Below, piece after piece: positions 1 to 12,378 of a DNA stretch of 64,000 bases (positions are counted from its first letter, which is position 1; every line of letters begins with the position of its first letter). The notes under the pieces are model-generated. The model saw only the letters and a list, made by a program, of their open reading frames with translations, made no database searches and was not told where the DNA came from. The stretch comes from a virus: positions 96,001 to 160,000 of IMG/VR virus record IMGVR_UViG_3300042691_012617, one strand, 5' to 3'. The position numbers and the translations under genes are program-made.

Positions 1-3000
1 ACAGTAACCACCGTGTCGCCCGTGACTGCGTAGGATCCCGTGAGGACTAGATGTCCTGTGGAACCGATGCCAAAGAAACGGGGGTCAAAAGATGCAACGC
101 CAGTAAGAGTGTATGATGCGCGACGAGCAGCAATCGTATCGTTTGATACCCCATAGACCGCACCACCGTCACCTGTTAGAGTTACTACTGAGGCAAGACC
201 ATTTACTGTCAACACACCTGTGTTTGATATGTTGATGTACGGGTCTAGGAGGGTCGGTTCATTGTCCCAAGCAGCAACAACACTAATTCCGCTACTGGAA
301 CGAATTTGCGGGCCTTTTTGGTACCAAGTCGGGGTAGTAACAGCCGTATATCCCTGAACAGTAAGTGCGCGAACCCCCGTATTCTCAATAACGATATTTC
401 CCGTTAGCGAACTTACACGAATTCCATTAACGCCTGCTTGACCGTATGAAAGGGTTCCTGTTGTAACACCTGTCACTCCTGAATTCGTAATGACTTTGCC
501 TGTACCGATTACGATTCCCGATCCTGCCTGTACGGTATCTCCCGTGACCTGATACGCGCCCGTGAGGACGAGATGTCCCGTTGAGCCGATGCCAAAGAAG
601 CGAGGATCATAAGATGCAACACCTGTCAGCGTATAAGACGATAGTCTTGCGGTGATGAAAGCATCAAACTCACCTTGAATTGCACCACCATCACCCGTGA
701 CAACAGTAGCCGCAGCAACCGTAAAGTTTCCGTTCGCATCGGGTGCTTGACTGTTGATGGTGATGACACCCTTGCTGCGGACATGACCCGAAGATCCTAC
801 AGCAAAATGAGATGCGTCAAAAGACGCAACACCCGTCATGGCATTATCGCCAACGACTCGTACTGTAATAGAGTTGTTCAGTTTGCCTTGGACAGCACCG
901 CCGTCACCCGTGAGACTCACATTTCCTGTCAGCCCGTTGAACGCGGTGACACCGATGTTGTTGATTGTCTTGGTCGTTCCCGACTGCGAGAAGTTGATTG
1001 CTGAACCCGCAACTATTGTGTCGCCCGTGACCTGATATGGAGATGTTAGCGCAACTCTTCCATCACCACGAACAAAGAAATGGCTATCGTTAAACCAAGA
1101 AACCCCCAAAGTTCCCGCTGTGTCGGCTTGTTGAGCAAAAACACTAACAACTGGAGGATTGCCATTTGGTTGTGTTGCCACCACGGAGACAGCAGTTCCA
1201 CCCGTAATCACTACTAGACCACCACCGATCAAGTCTTTTGTATCGGTGCCATATTGATCTCTTATCGAAAGAGTTCCTCCCGCAATCTGAATCAAATTCC
1301 CCGCTGATCTGAACAGGGTGATGTTTGATCCTGAGGTGATGTTGATCTTACCTGTGAGACCCGCATCGTTGTTTCCAAAACCGATACCTGTGACACCGAT
1401 GTTGTAAAGAGTATCTGTTCTTCCATTTGTAACGATACCGATACCTGAACCCACAACCGTGATGACGGTATCGCCCGTGGCTTGATAGGCAGCAGCAAGT
1501 TGAACATGCCCTGTCGCATCAACTAGGAAATGAGTATCACGGAAAGATGCGAGACCTGTTGCTCCCGCTGCCGTAGTCAACCTTGTGGTAATTGTATTGT
1601 TCAGTTTGCCTTGGACAGCACCGCCGTCACCCGTGAGACTCACATTCCCCGTCAGCCCGTTGAAACTTGTCACACCAATGTTGTACAAAGTATCTGTTTT
1701 GCCCGATGTGACAATGCCGATACCCGATCCCGCAACGGTGATGACTGTGTCGCCCGTGGCTTGATAGGCAGCAGCAAGTTGAACATGCCCTGTTGCATCG
1801 ACTAGGAAATGAGTGTCACGGAAAGAAGCAAGGCCTGTTGCCCCTGCCGCCGTGGTCAACCTTGTCGTAATTGTATTGTTCAGTTTGCCTTGGACAGCAC
1901 CACCGTCACCCGTGAGCGAGACACTTCCTGTCAATCCATTGAATGCGGTGACACCGATGTTGTTGATGACCTTGCCAGTTCCGATGTTGATTGCAGAACC
2001 CGCCTGAATCGTGTCTCCCGTGACTTGATACGAACCCGTAAGGACAAGATGTCCCGAGGTGCCGATACCAAAGTGACGAGGATCAAACGATGCAACACCC
2101 GTCAGCGTGTAAGAACCAAATCTTGCACCAATAGTGTTGTTCGTTGCACCATAGATTGCGCCGCCATCACCTGTAAGCGTCACGGCACCCGTCAATCCAT
2201 TGAACGCTGTGACACCAATGTTGTTGATTGTCTTGCCAGTTCCAATATTGATTGCAGAACCCGCTTGAACCGTGTCACCTGTGACTTGATATGCGCCTGT
2301 AAGTACTACATGCCCCGAGGCACCGATACCAAAGAAGCGTGAATCAAAAGATGCAACACCTGTGAGAGTGTAAGATCCGAGCCTAGCACCAATTCTGTTG
2401 TTTCCATAACCAAATACACCACCACCATCACCTGTTAGTGATACTGCACCCGTCAATCCATTGAATGCCGTGACACCAATGTTATTGATAACCTTGCCAG
2501 TTCCGATGTTGATAGCAGAACCAGCCTGAATGGTGTCGCCCGTGACTTGATACGCGCCCGTGAGAACAAGGTGACCTGAAGTGCCGATGCCGAAGAAGCG
2601 CGGGTCGAACGATGCGATACCTGTCAGCGTGTAAGAACCAAGTCTTGTCGTGATAAATGCGTCTGCTTTGCCCTGAACTGCTCCACCGTCACCCGTAACA
2701 ACAGTAGCAGCGGCAATGCTAAAGTTTCCGTTCGCATCGGGTGCTTGACTGTTGATGGTGATGACACCCTTGCTGCGGACATGACCCGAAGATCCTACAG
2801 CAAAATGAGATGCGTCAAAAGACGCAACACCCGTCATGGCATTATCGCCAACGACTCGTACTGTAATAGAGTTGTTCAGTTTGCCTTGGACAGCACCGCC
2901 GTCACCCGTGATCGAAACATTTCCTGTCAGCCCGTTTACACCAGTAACGCTATACGAGTCAGTTGTAAATTGGATAAGTGAGCCATTGGTTCCACCAATG

Positions 3001-3107
3001 AACAACTTGCCATCTACAAGATTTGCAGCGATTTCGCCCGATGTCAGAGAGGGGGTAGCACCCGCGACATCTGATCTGTATATCCGAATGTATTCTTCAC
3101 GCGCCAT
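1..3107 (-). CDS. Long repeat-rich tail fibre/adhesin-like protein, 3' end runs off the window start (absent from ORF track)
   Basis: ATG at 3107 (MAREEYIRIYRSDVAGATPSLTSGEIAANLVDGKLFIGG...); I translated the first ~1.1 kb by hand and the same frame reads as the same repeat at base 1; ~60-aa repeats TGVASF...GH..L...YQVTGDT...NNIGV..FNGLTGAV..TGDGG shared with the next gene. Confidence 0.8.
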   Translation of the reverse strand, partial: MAREEYIRIYRSDVAGATPSLTSGEIAANLVDGKLFIGGTNGSLIQFTTDSYSVTGVNGLTGNVSITGDGGAVQGKLNNSITVRVVGDNAMTGVASFDASHFAVGSSGHVRSKGVITINSQAPDANGNFSIAAATVVTGDGGAVQGKADAFITTRLGSYTLTGIASFDPRFFGIGTSGHLVLTGAYQVTGDTIQAGSAINIGTGKVINNIGVTAFNGLTGAVSLTGDGGGVFGYGNNRIGARLGSYTLTGVASFDSRFFGIGASGHVVLTGAYQVTGDTVQAGSAINIGTGKTINNIGVTAFNGLTGAVTLTGDGGAIYGATNNTIGARFGSYTLTGVASFDPRHFGIGTSGHLVLTGSYQVTGDTIQAGSAINIGTGKVINNIGVTAFNGLTGSVSLTGDGGAVQGKLNNTITTRLTTAAGATGLASFRDTHFLVDATGHVQLAAAYQATGDTVITVAGSGIGIVTSGKTDTLYNIGVTSFNGLTGNVSLTGDGGAVQGKLNNTITTRLTTAAGATGLASFRDTHFLVDATGHVQLAAAYQATGDTVITVVGSGIGIVTNGRTDTLYNIGVTGIGFGNNDAGLTGKINITSGSNITLFRSAGNLIQIAGGTLSIRDQYGTDTKDLIGGGLVVITGGTAVSVVATQPNGNPPVVSVFAQQADTAGTLGVSWFNDSHFFVRGDGRVALTSPYQVTGDTIVAGSAINFSQSGTTKTINNIGVTAFNGLTGNVSLTGDGGAVQGKLNNSITVRVVGDNAMTGVASFDASHFAVGSSGHVRSKGVITINSQAPDANGNFTVAAATVVTGDGGAIQGEFDAFITARLSSYTLTGVASYDPRFFGIGSTGHLVLTGAYQVTGDTVQAGSGIVIGTGKVITNSGVTGVTTGTLSYGQAGVNGIRVSSLTGNIVIENTGVRALTVQGYTAVTTPTWYQKGPQIRSSSGISVVAAWDNEPTLLDPYINISNTGVLTVNGLASVVTLTGDGGAVYGVSNDTIAARRASYTLTGVASFDPRFFGIGSTGHLVLTGSYAVTGDTVVT
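722..913. repeat. 192-bp exact direct repeat, copy 1 (copy 2 at 2720..2911)
   Basis: Base-by-base identity, offset 1998 bp (in frame) inside the fibre gene. Confidence 0.9.
2720..2911. repeat. 192-bp exact direct repeat, copy 2
   Basis: Identical to 722..913. Confidence 0.9.
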
Positions 3108-3149
3108 GGTCGATCATACCTTCGCAGAACATTTGATACAGTATGTAGA

Positions 3150-3174
3150 CAGCCTCCCCACAAGGAGGAGGCTG
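3150..3174. terminator. Intergenic stem-loop between fibre genes
   Basis: CAGCCTCC-N9-GGAGGCTG; no clear U-tract. Confidence 0.4.
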
Positions 3175-3195
3175 CTCAAAGATCGTCTTTTGCGA

Positions 3196-4917
3196 TCAGA
3201 AGGTGCCGCCATCGATCTTAGCAACGACCGTGGCAACTGAGTATCCCGATCCTGCATCGTTGACGAAGGTGGTGGGTTCGACACCACCCGACAGCCCCGT
3301 AAAGAATTTGAACTTGCCGCTGTCGGAGGCATCCCTGAAGATACCCGCAAACCGCTTACCGCTGCTTGTGTACTGTCCATAGAAACCGAGGTCAACGCTG
3401 TCGGCTGCGTTACCTGTTCCCAACATGATCAGGGGGTCTTCAACAACGAATGAATCAACATTTGCTGTAACTACCGTTCCGTTGACTGTTAGGTTTCCTG
3501 GAATTGTTACATCATTTGGAAGACCAATTGTAAAGGTGGTTGTCGATCTGCTTACATCGATCTGATTTGCTGCACCCGTGATAGTGATCGAACCGCCAAG
3601 CGCAACAGTAGATCCGCTGTCTGCGCTACTTGCCTTGAGTCCAATTGTGTTTGAGGAAAGTGTAACAAGCCCCGCTGTGCTGACATTAAAGTTTGAAGAC
3701 GAGAACGAAGCAACACCAGTAACGCTTGCGGATGCAATACGATTGTCAATAGTTACTGTGTTTCCCGAAGTGGAGACCAACAGGGATGGACCGCCCGAAA
3801 CAACAGTTTGACCTGTGACTTGGAATGGGGCGGTAGGGGTTACAAGACCCGCTGCACTTACTGAGTAGTAAGTCGAATTAAAAGCAGCAACACCTGTCAG
3901 GGTCGCAGTAGCCACTCTGTTTGTGATCGTGTTGTTTCCAACCACCGACTGAGAACCACCATCGCCCGTGATGGTGATTGCACCTGTGAGACCATTAAAA
4001 GTCTGCACACCGATGTTGTTGATGGTCTTGCCTGCACCGATGTTGATGAACGAACCCGCTTGTACCGTGTCGCCCGTGACCTGATATGCAGCAGCAAGAT
4101 CAACTAATCCCGCAGCAGAAACCGTGAATCGTGTTCCGTTGAAAGATGCAACGCCAGTAACGCTAGAGGTTGCAATACGGTTGTCAATCGTTACCGTATT
4201 GCCCGAGGTCGATACTAGTTGTGAGGAACCGCCCGAAACAACTGTCTGTCCCGTGACTTGGAACGCAGCAAGCAGATCGACATTTCCCGTAAGAGAAACT
4301 TGGAATCTGTTAGGATTGAACGATGCGGTACCTGTCAGCGATGTTGTGGCAAGGGGTACAGTAAAAGAGACTGCCCCCGTCAAACCATTGAATGTCTGAA
4401 CGCCGATGTTGTTGATCGTCTTTCCTGCACCAATGTTGATGAAGGAACCCGCTTGAACCGTATCGCCCGTGACCTGATATGCAGCAGCAAGTTTGACATG
4501 TCCAGTTGTGTCTACCGTGAAATGGGTATTGCTGAAAGAGGCGACACCTGTAACGCTTGTGGAAGCAAATCTTGCACCAAATGTTGTGGTGGTTCCCGAT
4601 ACAGTTTGTGTGATCGCACCCGATCCCGTGACAGTAAGATTGCCACCCGTACCGTTCAGGGAGTTGACAACGCTGCCACCACCGACTATACCATCGACAT
4701 ATGTCTTGACAGCGGATTGCGTGGGGATAGCGTACTGACTGTTTGTAGAGAGACTTCCGCTAGTGACTTGGGCACCGACCCAAATCGAATTCCCCGCAGC
4801 ATCACCAACGAACAACTTTTCGTTTACATCTGAATAGGCAAGTTCACCGAATGTCAGACCTGTTGGAGTGTCTGTTCCAGTTGAACGAAGAATTTGAATC
4901 GTACTCTCGCGGGGCAT
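3196..4917 (-). CDS. Repeat-rich tail fibre-like protein
   Basis: Mtd-N-like start (IQILRS..GELAYS..KLFVG), Thr/Gly/Val-rich repeats as in the neighbouring gene, ends DGGTF; AGGAG RBS and late promoter. Confidence 0.75.
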   Translation of the reverse strand: MPRESTIQILRSTGTDTPTGLTFGELAYSDVNEKLFVGDAAGNSIWVGAQVTSGSLSTNSQYAIPTQSAVKTYVDGIVGGGSVVNSLNGTGGNLTVTGSGAITQTVSGTTTTFGARFASTSVTGVASFSNTHFTVDTTGHVKLAAAYQVTGDTVQAGSFINIGAGKTINNIGVQTFNGLTGAVSFTVPLATTSLTGTASFNPNRFQVSLTGNVDLLAAFQVTGQTVVSGGSSQLVSTSGNTVTIDNRIATSSVTGVASFNGTRFTVSAAGLVDLAAAYQVTGDTVQAGSFINIGAGKTINNIGVQTFNGLTGAITITGDGGSQSVVGNNTITNRVATATLTGVAAFNSTYYSVSAAGLVTPTAPFQVTGQTVVSGGPSLLVSTSGNTVTIDNRIASASVTGVASFSSSNFNVSTAGLVTLSSNTIGLKASSADSGSTVALGGSITITGAANQIDVSRSTTTFTIGLPNDVTIPGNLTVNGTVVTANVDSFVVEDPLIMLGTGNAADSVDLGFYGQYTSSGKRFAGIFRDASDSGKFKFFTGLSGGVEPTTFVNDAGSGYSVATVVAKIDGGTF

Positions 4918-4939
4918 TGTCAATTTCTCCTAGGGTAGG

Positions 4940-4946
4940 TATTTAG
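4940..4946 (-). promoter_or_regulatory. T4-type late promoter (CTAAATA)
   Basis: CTAAATA upstream of RBS of 3196..4917. Confidence 0.7.
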
Positions 4947-4950
4947 TGTC

Positions 4951-7386
<2,436 letters not shown>

Positions 7387-7415
7387 CGTAAACCCAAGGG
7401 GGGCAGTTTACGAGG

Positions 7416-7422
7416 TATTTAG
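7416..7422 (-). promoter_or_regulatory. T4-type late promoter (CTAAATA)
   Basis: Intergenic CTAAATA upstream of collagen gene. Confidence 0.65.
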
Positions 7423-7429
7423 GGGTGCC

Positions 7430-8110
7430 TCATTTGGCAGTCAATGCCTTCCACGAAACAGGAAACAAAGGTTCAATAAGAGTGGAAATGGCATCGGCGT
7501 ATTGCCGAACTTCCCATTGTGCATGGGGATCCGAACGCAAGGCGTACACACGGGCATACGCAGCGAGACTGCCTGTCCACCACCATTCCGTGTAAGTCCC
7601 CTGTGGAAGGATGAACCGTGCCTGCTCAGGTGCGACCCCCGAGCCGATCAGGAAGTTGTAATACCCGTGGGCTTTTGCTATCGATTCTTCGTAGATCTGT
7701 GTCAGGTGTTCCGTCATCGCATCGTGGTCGATGAAGTCCTCGCTGCCCTGCTTGGCACCATTCGTGGGCTTTGATCGCCATTGTGGGATGTAGAACTCAG
7801 GCTCGTTCGTCACATAGCGACGAGACACTTCGTTCTCCACGAACCCCTGCTTGTGCTTGAAGAGTTGTGTGCGGATGGAGATCGGTGCCTTGATACGCAG
7901 GGTGATCTGCGGATGTGCGAAAGGAGTCCAATGGTTGTGCTTGGCAAGATAGTTGATGAGTTTTTCGTCTCGCTCACCGAACTCTTCGCTTTCCTTGCTG
8001 AATGATACACGGGCAGCATTGACAACCGTTAGGTCATCACCCATGTGAGAGACATATTGAACAAATCCCACCCCGTCCAAAACGGGGATCGATTCACGAA
8101 CTGCTTCCAT
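7430..8110 (-). CDS. thyX: Flavin-dependent thymidylate synthase
   Basis: VNAARVSF, HWTPF, NEVSRRY, EQARFILPQ, HAQWEVR motifs. Confidence 0.95.
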   Translation of the reverse strand: MEAVRESIPVLDGVGFVQYVSHMGDDLTVVNAARVSFSKESEEFGERDEKLINYLAKHNHWTPFAHPQITLRIKAPISIRTQLFKHKQGFVENEVSRRYVTNEPEFYIPQWRSKPTNGAKQGSEDFIDHDAMTEHLTQIYEESIAKAHGYYNFLIGSGVAPEQARFILPQGTYTEWWWTGSLAAYARVYALRSDPHAQWEVRQYADAISTLIEPLFPVSWKALTAK

Positions 8111-8113
8111 TGT

Positions 8114-8356
8114 TTACTCCTGCTCTTGTGGTTCCTGAGTCGTATTGATGGCTCCGCGAATCTCAGGCTTGATCGCGTCGATTCGCTCTCCTACCTTTTG
8201 GTAGAGGGAAGCATAGATTGCTTCCTTGGCTTCGCTTGCCTTGCCATCCATGACTAGGTCGATGATCGTGGGGACATCACCAATGATCTCATCGGTATCG
8301 GTCTCAGCCACATCAACTTCGTTTTCCATGATCTCGTCATTCTCTTCGGGGTTCAT
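8114..8356 (-). CDS. Small acidic protein, possibly gp67-like prohead core protein
   Basis: IIDLVMDGKASEAKEAI..SL..KV.ERI helical pattern recalls T4 gp67; late promoter at 8374..8380 and GGAGG RBS. Confidence 0.45.
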   Translation of the reverse strand: MNPEENDEIMENEVDVAETDTDEIIGDVPTIIDLVMDGKASEAKEAIYASLYQKVGERIDAIKPEIRGAINTTQEPQEQE

Positions 8357-8372
8357 TCAGAGTCCTCCATGG

Positions 8373-9404
8373 CTATTTAGCCCACCTCTTCATGGCAATA
8401 TGTCCCGCAAGTCCTGAAAATGCATTTCTTATGATGTCATGTTGGATGTTTGTCCTGCCGTTCCCTGCAAGAACCATGTCATTGATATCCTTCAACCCAC
8501 GGAATCTCTCAGACCAAACACATACCTTATGACCGTCCTCCAAAAGACGCTCCATCGCTTCGGCAACTTGCTTGTTGCGAGGCTCATTGTCCAATGCATA
8601 GATTAGGTCTGAATCCTTCAGTTCATCGGGAATATTCGTGGCATCCGACAATCCGACCATGGCTACGCAGTTGTCCAAGAACAGACTGTCCAATGGACCT
8701 TCGACTACGATGACTTGCTTCTTGGGATCGCATCTGTCCAAGCCATACCATGTCTTTCCCGCGTCCTTGTCTGCCTTGACTGTCAGATATCGAATGGTGC
8801 TTCGATCAGGCTTACCATTCCCAATGATACGACCCTGTGCGCCAACCACCTTGCCATCTGTATCCAAGATCGGAATGACGATTCGTTCATCATCCCCTGC
8901 CTGTACATCGGGGTCAATGTTCTTAGCCCACTCGCCATAATCCTCTGAGTAATAGAGCCGACTCAGACTTTCCTTTGGCAAGCGTCTCTTGTGTGCCCAC
9001 TTGACGGCGGGGTGATCGTCAGGCAGGGAATCCAATCGGGGAAGAAGGGCGAGGATCTTATCCTCTCTACGCACGGGCGCGTGTGGGAGCGCGTCCGCGT
9101 GTGTGCGCGTGTGCCCGTGCGAGACCCCCGTTTCCTTGAGTACTTCGAAGATGTACTGCTTGTATAGATTGGGATCTAGCATCTTCAACAGCCAACCTAT
9201 GCTTGCGCTATAGTCGCAGTTGTGACACTTGCAGGAAAAGGATCCCTTCTTCTCGTACAGATAGAACCGAGCCTTGCTCTTGCTCTTCTGACTGTCACCA
9301 CACATGGGACATCGACACACCGCAAGACTCTGCTTCTTCCATTGAAAGCGGTCTAGGCGTGGTGATAGCAAGTTGATGTACTTCGTGTCGATGTGGATCG
9401 GCAT
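8373..9404 (-). CDS. 61: DNA primase (T4 gp61-like)
   Basis: CPMCGDS...CHNC zinc finger, VVEGPLDSLF TOPRIM, DNEPRN, KDINDM. Confidence 0.95.
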   Translation of the reverse strand: MPIHIDTKYINLLSPRLDRFQWKKQSLAVCRCPMCGDSQKSKSKARFYLYEKKGSFSCKCHNCDYSASIGWLLKMLDPNLYKQYIFEVLKETGVSHGHTRTHADALPHAPVRREDKILALLPRLDSLPDDHPAVKWAHKRRLPKESLSRLYYSEDYGEWAKNIDPDVQAGDDERIVIPILDTDGKVVGAQGRIIGNGKPDRSTIRYLTVKADKDAGKTWYGLDRCDPKKQVIVVEGPLDSLFLDNCVAMVGLSDATNIPDELKDSDLIYALDNEPRNKQVAEAMERLLEDGHKVCVWSERFRGLKDINDMVLAGNGRTNIQHDIIRNAFSGLAGHIAMKRWAK

Positions 9405-9416
9405 TAGATTTGGAAT

Positions 9417-9445
9417 ACTGTACCCCACGATCTGTGGGGTGTCAA
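9417..9445 (-). promoter_or_regulatory. sigma70-type promoter for primase, palindromic spacer
   Basis: TTGACA-17-TACAGT; spacer CCCCAC-AGATC-GTGGGG. Confidence 0.6.
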
Positions 9446-9575
9446 GTAAAATCGCCCATGATGAGCAAAGTTATAGGATGTTATGACTTGACGATTTTGG
9501 AAATCGACAAATACAAAATCTTATCAATCTACTTAAAAGTCAGCAGATTCTTATTGACATGCTTATAGATAGCCG

Positions 9576-10175
9576 TCAAAGTTTGCGCTTCAACTTCTTG
9601 TTAAGGTCTTTGGTCTTCTTCAGGTTACGAGCGAAGTACATGCCACGCTTGCCTGGTGGTTCTTGTCCTGGAGACACACCCGCGATGTTCCCACCCCCGA
9701 CATTGTTGACGGGAGCATCTTCGCGCTGAACAGATTCGATGGTGAAGACTTTTCCTTCATGCTTGTAGATCGGATGTCCCAAGAACTCATCCGATGGAAG
9801 AAGTTCTTCCTCTAGCACGATGGACATTGCGATTCCATGGATAGAAATCGTTCCCGCAGGAATCGCAACTGGCTCTGCATTTTCCATGATCGTGCGGTGA
9901 GTCAATCCACGCTTGGTCAGTTCCTCAAGCATTAGTCTTTCGATTGCGCTTTCGGGCATGTCATCGCTGCAATACTCTTGGATCTTATATCCATACTCTG
10001 CGACTGCATGTGGGGTGTACGGCTGCGACCAAATGGTAAACGGTTCACCCGCCTCCATGACTTGGCGCAGTTTATAGATGTACGATTCAAACCTATTCTT
10101 GCGCTCAGGGAAGTCCCTCCAAGGGCAATTCATGAGATGCTTGAAACGCTCTGTGATCAGGTGTTGAATGTCCAT
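9576..10175 (-). CDS. Hypothetical protein (T4-like conserved C-terminal motif)
   Basis: EDAPVNNVGGGNIAG motif typical of T4-like phage proteins; abuts upstream gene. Confidence 0.6.
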   Translation of the reverse strand: MDIQHLITERFKHLMNCPWRDFPERKNRFESYIYKLRQVMEAGEPFTIWSQPYTPHAVAEYGYKIQEYCSDDMPESAIERLMLEELTKRGLTHRTIMENAEPVAIPAGTISIHGIAMSIVLEEELLPSDEFLGHPIYKHEGKVFTIESVQREDAPVNNVGGGNIAGVSPGQEPPGKRGMYFARNLKKTKDLNKKLKRKL

Positions 10176-10567
10176 CAGATGCTCCGCAGTTTCTTTATGA
10201 TGTCCTTGTCCATTGGAATCTTGACGAGGTCAATGCTCAGGTGAAACCGAGTCGGTTGGCTGTCGGGCAAGTACTCCAAGAAGACCAAGAATGTCTTCAG
10301 TATGTAGTGCAAATCCTCGTCTATCTTGAAGAACAGGAGTTGCGTCCCTGCCTCCACCCCGAAGACATTGCAGAATGTGATTATGTGATTGAGGATCAGA
10401 CGATCCCGAAGGACACCCGACTTCTTGTAGCGTCGAAAGAGACGCTTCAGGTAGACGATACGGGCAAGATCTTCTTCGAACTCTTTGACCCCCATGCATT
10501 GGGGATTGTCGTAGTTCCGCATCGCGTATCGGACATAGTTTTCATCGGTCAGGCTGTCGCCTTTCAT
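10175..10567 (-). CDS. Conserved T4-like (cyanophage-type) hypothetical protein
   Basis: YDNPQC...F.EDL.R..YLKRLF..Y...G.L..RLILNHII...NVFG pattern. Confidence 0.8.
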   Translation of the reverse strand: MKGDSLTDENYVRYAMRNYDNPQCMGVKEFEEDLARIVYLKRLFRRYKKSGVLRDRLILNHIITFCNVFGVEAGTQLLFFKIDEDLHYILKTFLVFLEYLPDSQPTRFHLSIDLVKIPMDKDIIKKLRSI

Positions 10568-10585
10568 TACGAAGAGCCATGGCTA

Positions 10586-11077
10586 TTAGCCGTTGGGCAC
10601 GATCATCGCATGGACTTGAGTCAATCCATTTGGCAACTTGTTGGTCTCAACACGGAGTGCGAGACCATGACCGAGCATGGGGGTGATTCCGTCATCGTGA
10701 TTTGTTCCGTAGGTCGTGCCGTCAGAACCAAACACGCCACCGAAACGAACAAGAGGAAGAAGTTCCTCTGTCTGTGTTGAGAGACGCATGGCACAGTCAC
10801 GATCCATATGGAAATCTAGACCGACCATCTGAAGCCGACCCTGTGCCTGTTTTAGGGCAGACACAGGGTCGATGTATGGCTTCGCAGATAGCGCACCGAG
10901 ATAGGTGTTGATACGAGCAATCGCTGCATTCGAAAGAGAGGACAGGTTGATGTCGGTGCCATCAAGTGCGTTGTCGCCATCCTGTGGACCTACCCGACCA
11001 CGAATGCCCACCATGTCATATGCGGCATGGGCAGCGGTTTCGTTGATTGTCTTTCTCAGTTCTTTGAACGATCTCAT
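10586..11077 (-). CDS. Hypothetical protein with capsid-targeting-like N-terminus
   Basis: AGGAG RBS; starts MRSFKELRKTINE. Confidence 0.7.
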   Translation of the reverse strand: MRSFKELRKTINETAAHAAYDMVGIRGRVGPQDGDNALDGTDINLSSLSNAAIARINTYLGALSAKPYIDPVSALKQAQGRLQMVGLDFHMDRDCAMRLSTQTEELLPLVRFGGVFGSDGTTYGTNHDDGITPMLGHGLALRVETNKLPNGLTQVHAMIVPNG

Positions 11078-11088
11078 GTTAACTCCTA

Positions 11089-11874
11089 TCAAGCGGTTGT
11101 ACCAAAGGACACATAGAAGGTAGTGGCAGCAGTCAGTCCACCCGCACCATTATCGGTGACAAGAAGAGTTACTGTGCGAGGTCCGCTGTTTGCAGTTGCA
11201 CCAACCTTGTTGATCTTGAACACGGCGATGTTGTTGTTGATGTCCGAAGTGGGGCCAAAGAAGGTTTCATAGATCGCGGAGGGAACACCAGTTAGGAGAG
11301 TGCTTCCTGAGATGATGTTACCCGCTGCGCCGAACTGATCGGTTACTTCAGAGAAAGAAAGATTCTGCGTGAAGTTAGCGTCATTTGCAACAACCTTGAT
11401 GTAAGCGGTCTGACCACCACCAAACTGCAAGGTAGAGACTCCGTAACCATTTACGGCATAACTTCCATAATTGGCACCACTTCCAGTAGCAGAGTTGGCG
11501 AAAGAGAGACCAAGCCCATCAACACCACCCGCAGTTGCGCTGTCGCCGCTGAACGGACATGTAAAGTACGGACGAGTGTTTGCCGCTTCTCCCGATGCAG
11601 CCGCGCCACCCGTAGCCGAAATGCGACCCGCATAGGATGAACTCGTAACGCCCGTGATCGATGGATCGATTGGCATTGCAACGAGAAGTTCCATAAACGG
11701 AGTACTGAATGTCAGGGAGGTCGCACCTCGGACACCCATCAACTGACCGCCAAGCGAAGTGCCGTCAAGTGGAAGTTCCCAACCCGCAACTGTGCGGATG
11801 CAGCGAATCTTTTGCGATGCGTTGAGCCATGTAGGCTTAGATTCCTCGCGGTCGTTTGCGTTCCAGTAAGACAT
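11089..11874 (-). CDS. Putative virion structural protein
   Basis: Late promoter ATAAATA at 11900..11906, GAGGAG RBS, Gly/Thr/Ser-rich beta protein. Confidence 0.6.
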   Translation of the reverse strand: MSYWNANDREESKPTWLNASQKIRCIRTVAGWELPLDGTSLGGQLMGVRGATSLTFSTPFMELLVAMPIDPSITGVTSSSYAGRISATGGAAASGEAANTRPYFTCPFSGDSATAGGVDGLGLSFANSATGSGANYGSYAVNGYGVSTLQFGGGQTAYIKVVANDANFTQNLSFSEVTDQFGAAGNIISGSTLLTGVPSAIYETFFGPTSDINNNIAVFKINKVGATANSGPRTVTLLVTDNGAGGLTAATTFYVSFGTTA

Positions 11875-11902
11875 TTTTGTGGTTCTCCTCTGTGCTTTCT
11901 AT

Positions 11903-12340
11903 TTATCCGCCGATTTTCGGTGGGTTCTTGCCCTTGCCTGCTAGACCGTCATTGGTACCGAGACTCGACTTGGAAGTCGGCTTGGCAGTCTTGCTAGCAA
12001 CAGAGGCGGGGGTTTCTAGTTCATTTGCCTTATGCGAAGGGTTCGAAACCTTTCCTGCGGGAACGACTGCTGTCTTTCCCTCAAGGTGCAGTTGAACTGC
12101 CTTGGCAAAGTCATTGGCTTCCTTGGTGGTACCACGGCAACCACAATCCTTCACAGCCTCATTGAAGAGATTGACAAGGGTGTTGCGACGATCCTCAAGG
12201 ACGGTCTTTTCTGCAACGATCTTGGCGGCTTCAGCAGCCTTCTCTCCCAAGCAAGGGAGGATGTCTACATCGTTGCGATGTTCGTTTAGGAACTTGGTGA
12301 TGTCAGCGACCACCTTAGAGTTGAATGGATTGTGGAACAT
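11903..12340 (-). CDS. Hypothetical late protein
   Basis: Canonical TATAAATA at 12363..12370, AGGAG RBS. Confidence 0.7.
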   Translation of the reverse strand: MFHNPFNSKVVADITKFLNEHRNDVDILPCLGEKAAEAAKIVAEKTVLEDRRNTLVNLFNEAVKDCGCRGTTKEANDFAKAVQLHLEGKTAVVPAGKVSNPSHKANELETPASVASKTAKPTSKSSLGTNDGLAGKGKNPPKIGG

Positions 12341-12362
12341 GGTGTCTCCTGTTGATACTGGT

Positions 12363-12370
12363 TATTTATA
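12363..12370 (-). promoter_or_regulatory. Canonical T4 late promoter TATAAATA
   Basis: Exact gp55 consensus, intergenic. Confidence 0.8.
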
Positions 12371-12378
12371 GATGCGCG

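Noticed and set aside
722-2911. Repeat pairs in the fibre gene as a DGR template/variable region
   Set aside because: Copies are either identical or differ mostly at synonymous positions without adenine-specific bias, both lie inside the CDS, and no reverse transcriptase is present in the window.
1-4917. CCCGTG abundance in fibre genes as a regulatory motif
   Set aside because: Largely explained by Thr-Gly encoded as ACG GG, itself a likely result of CCGG avoidance.
8373-8375. Stop-codon reassignment
   Set aside because: Core genes are intact in the standard code, TAG/TGA/TAA all terminate genes at expected positions, and no suppressor tRNA was found.
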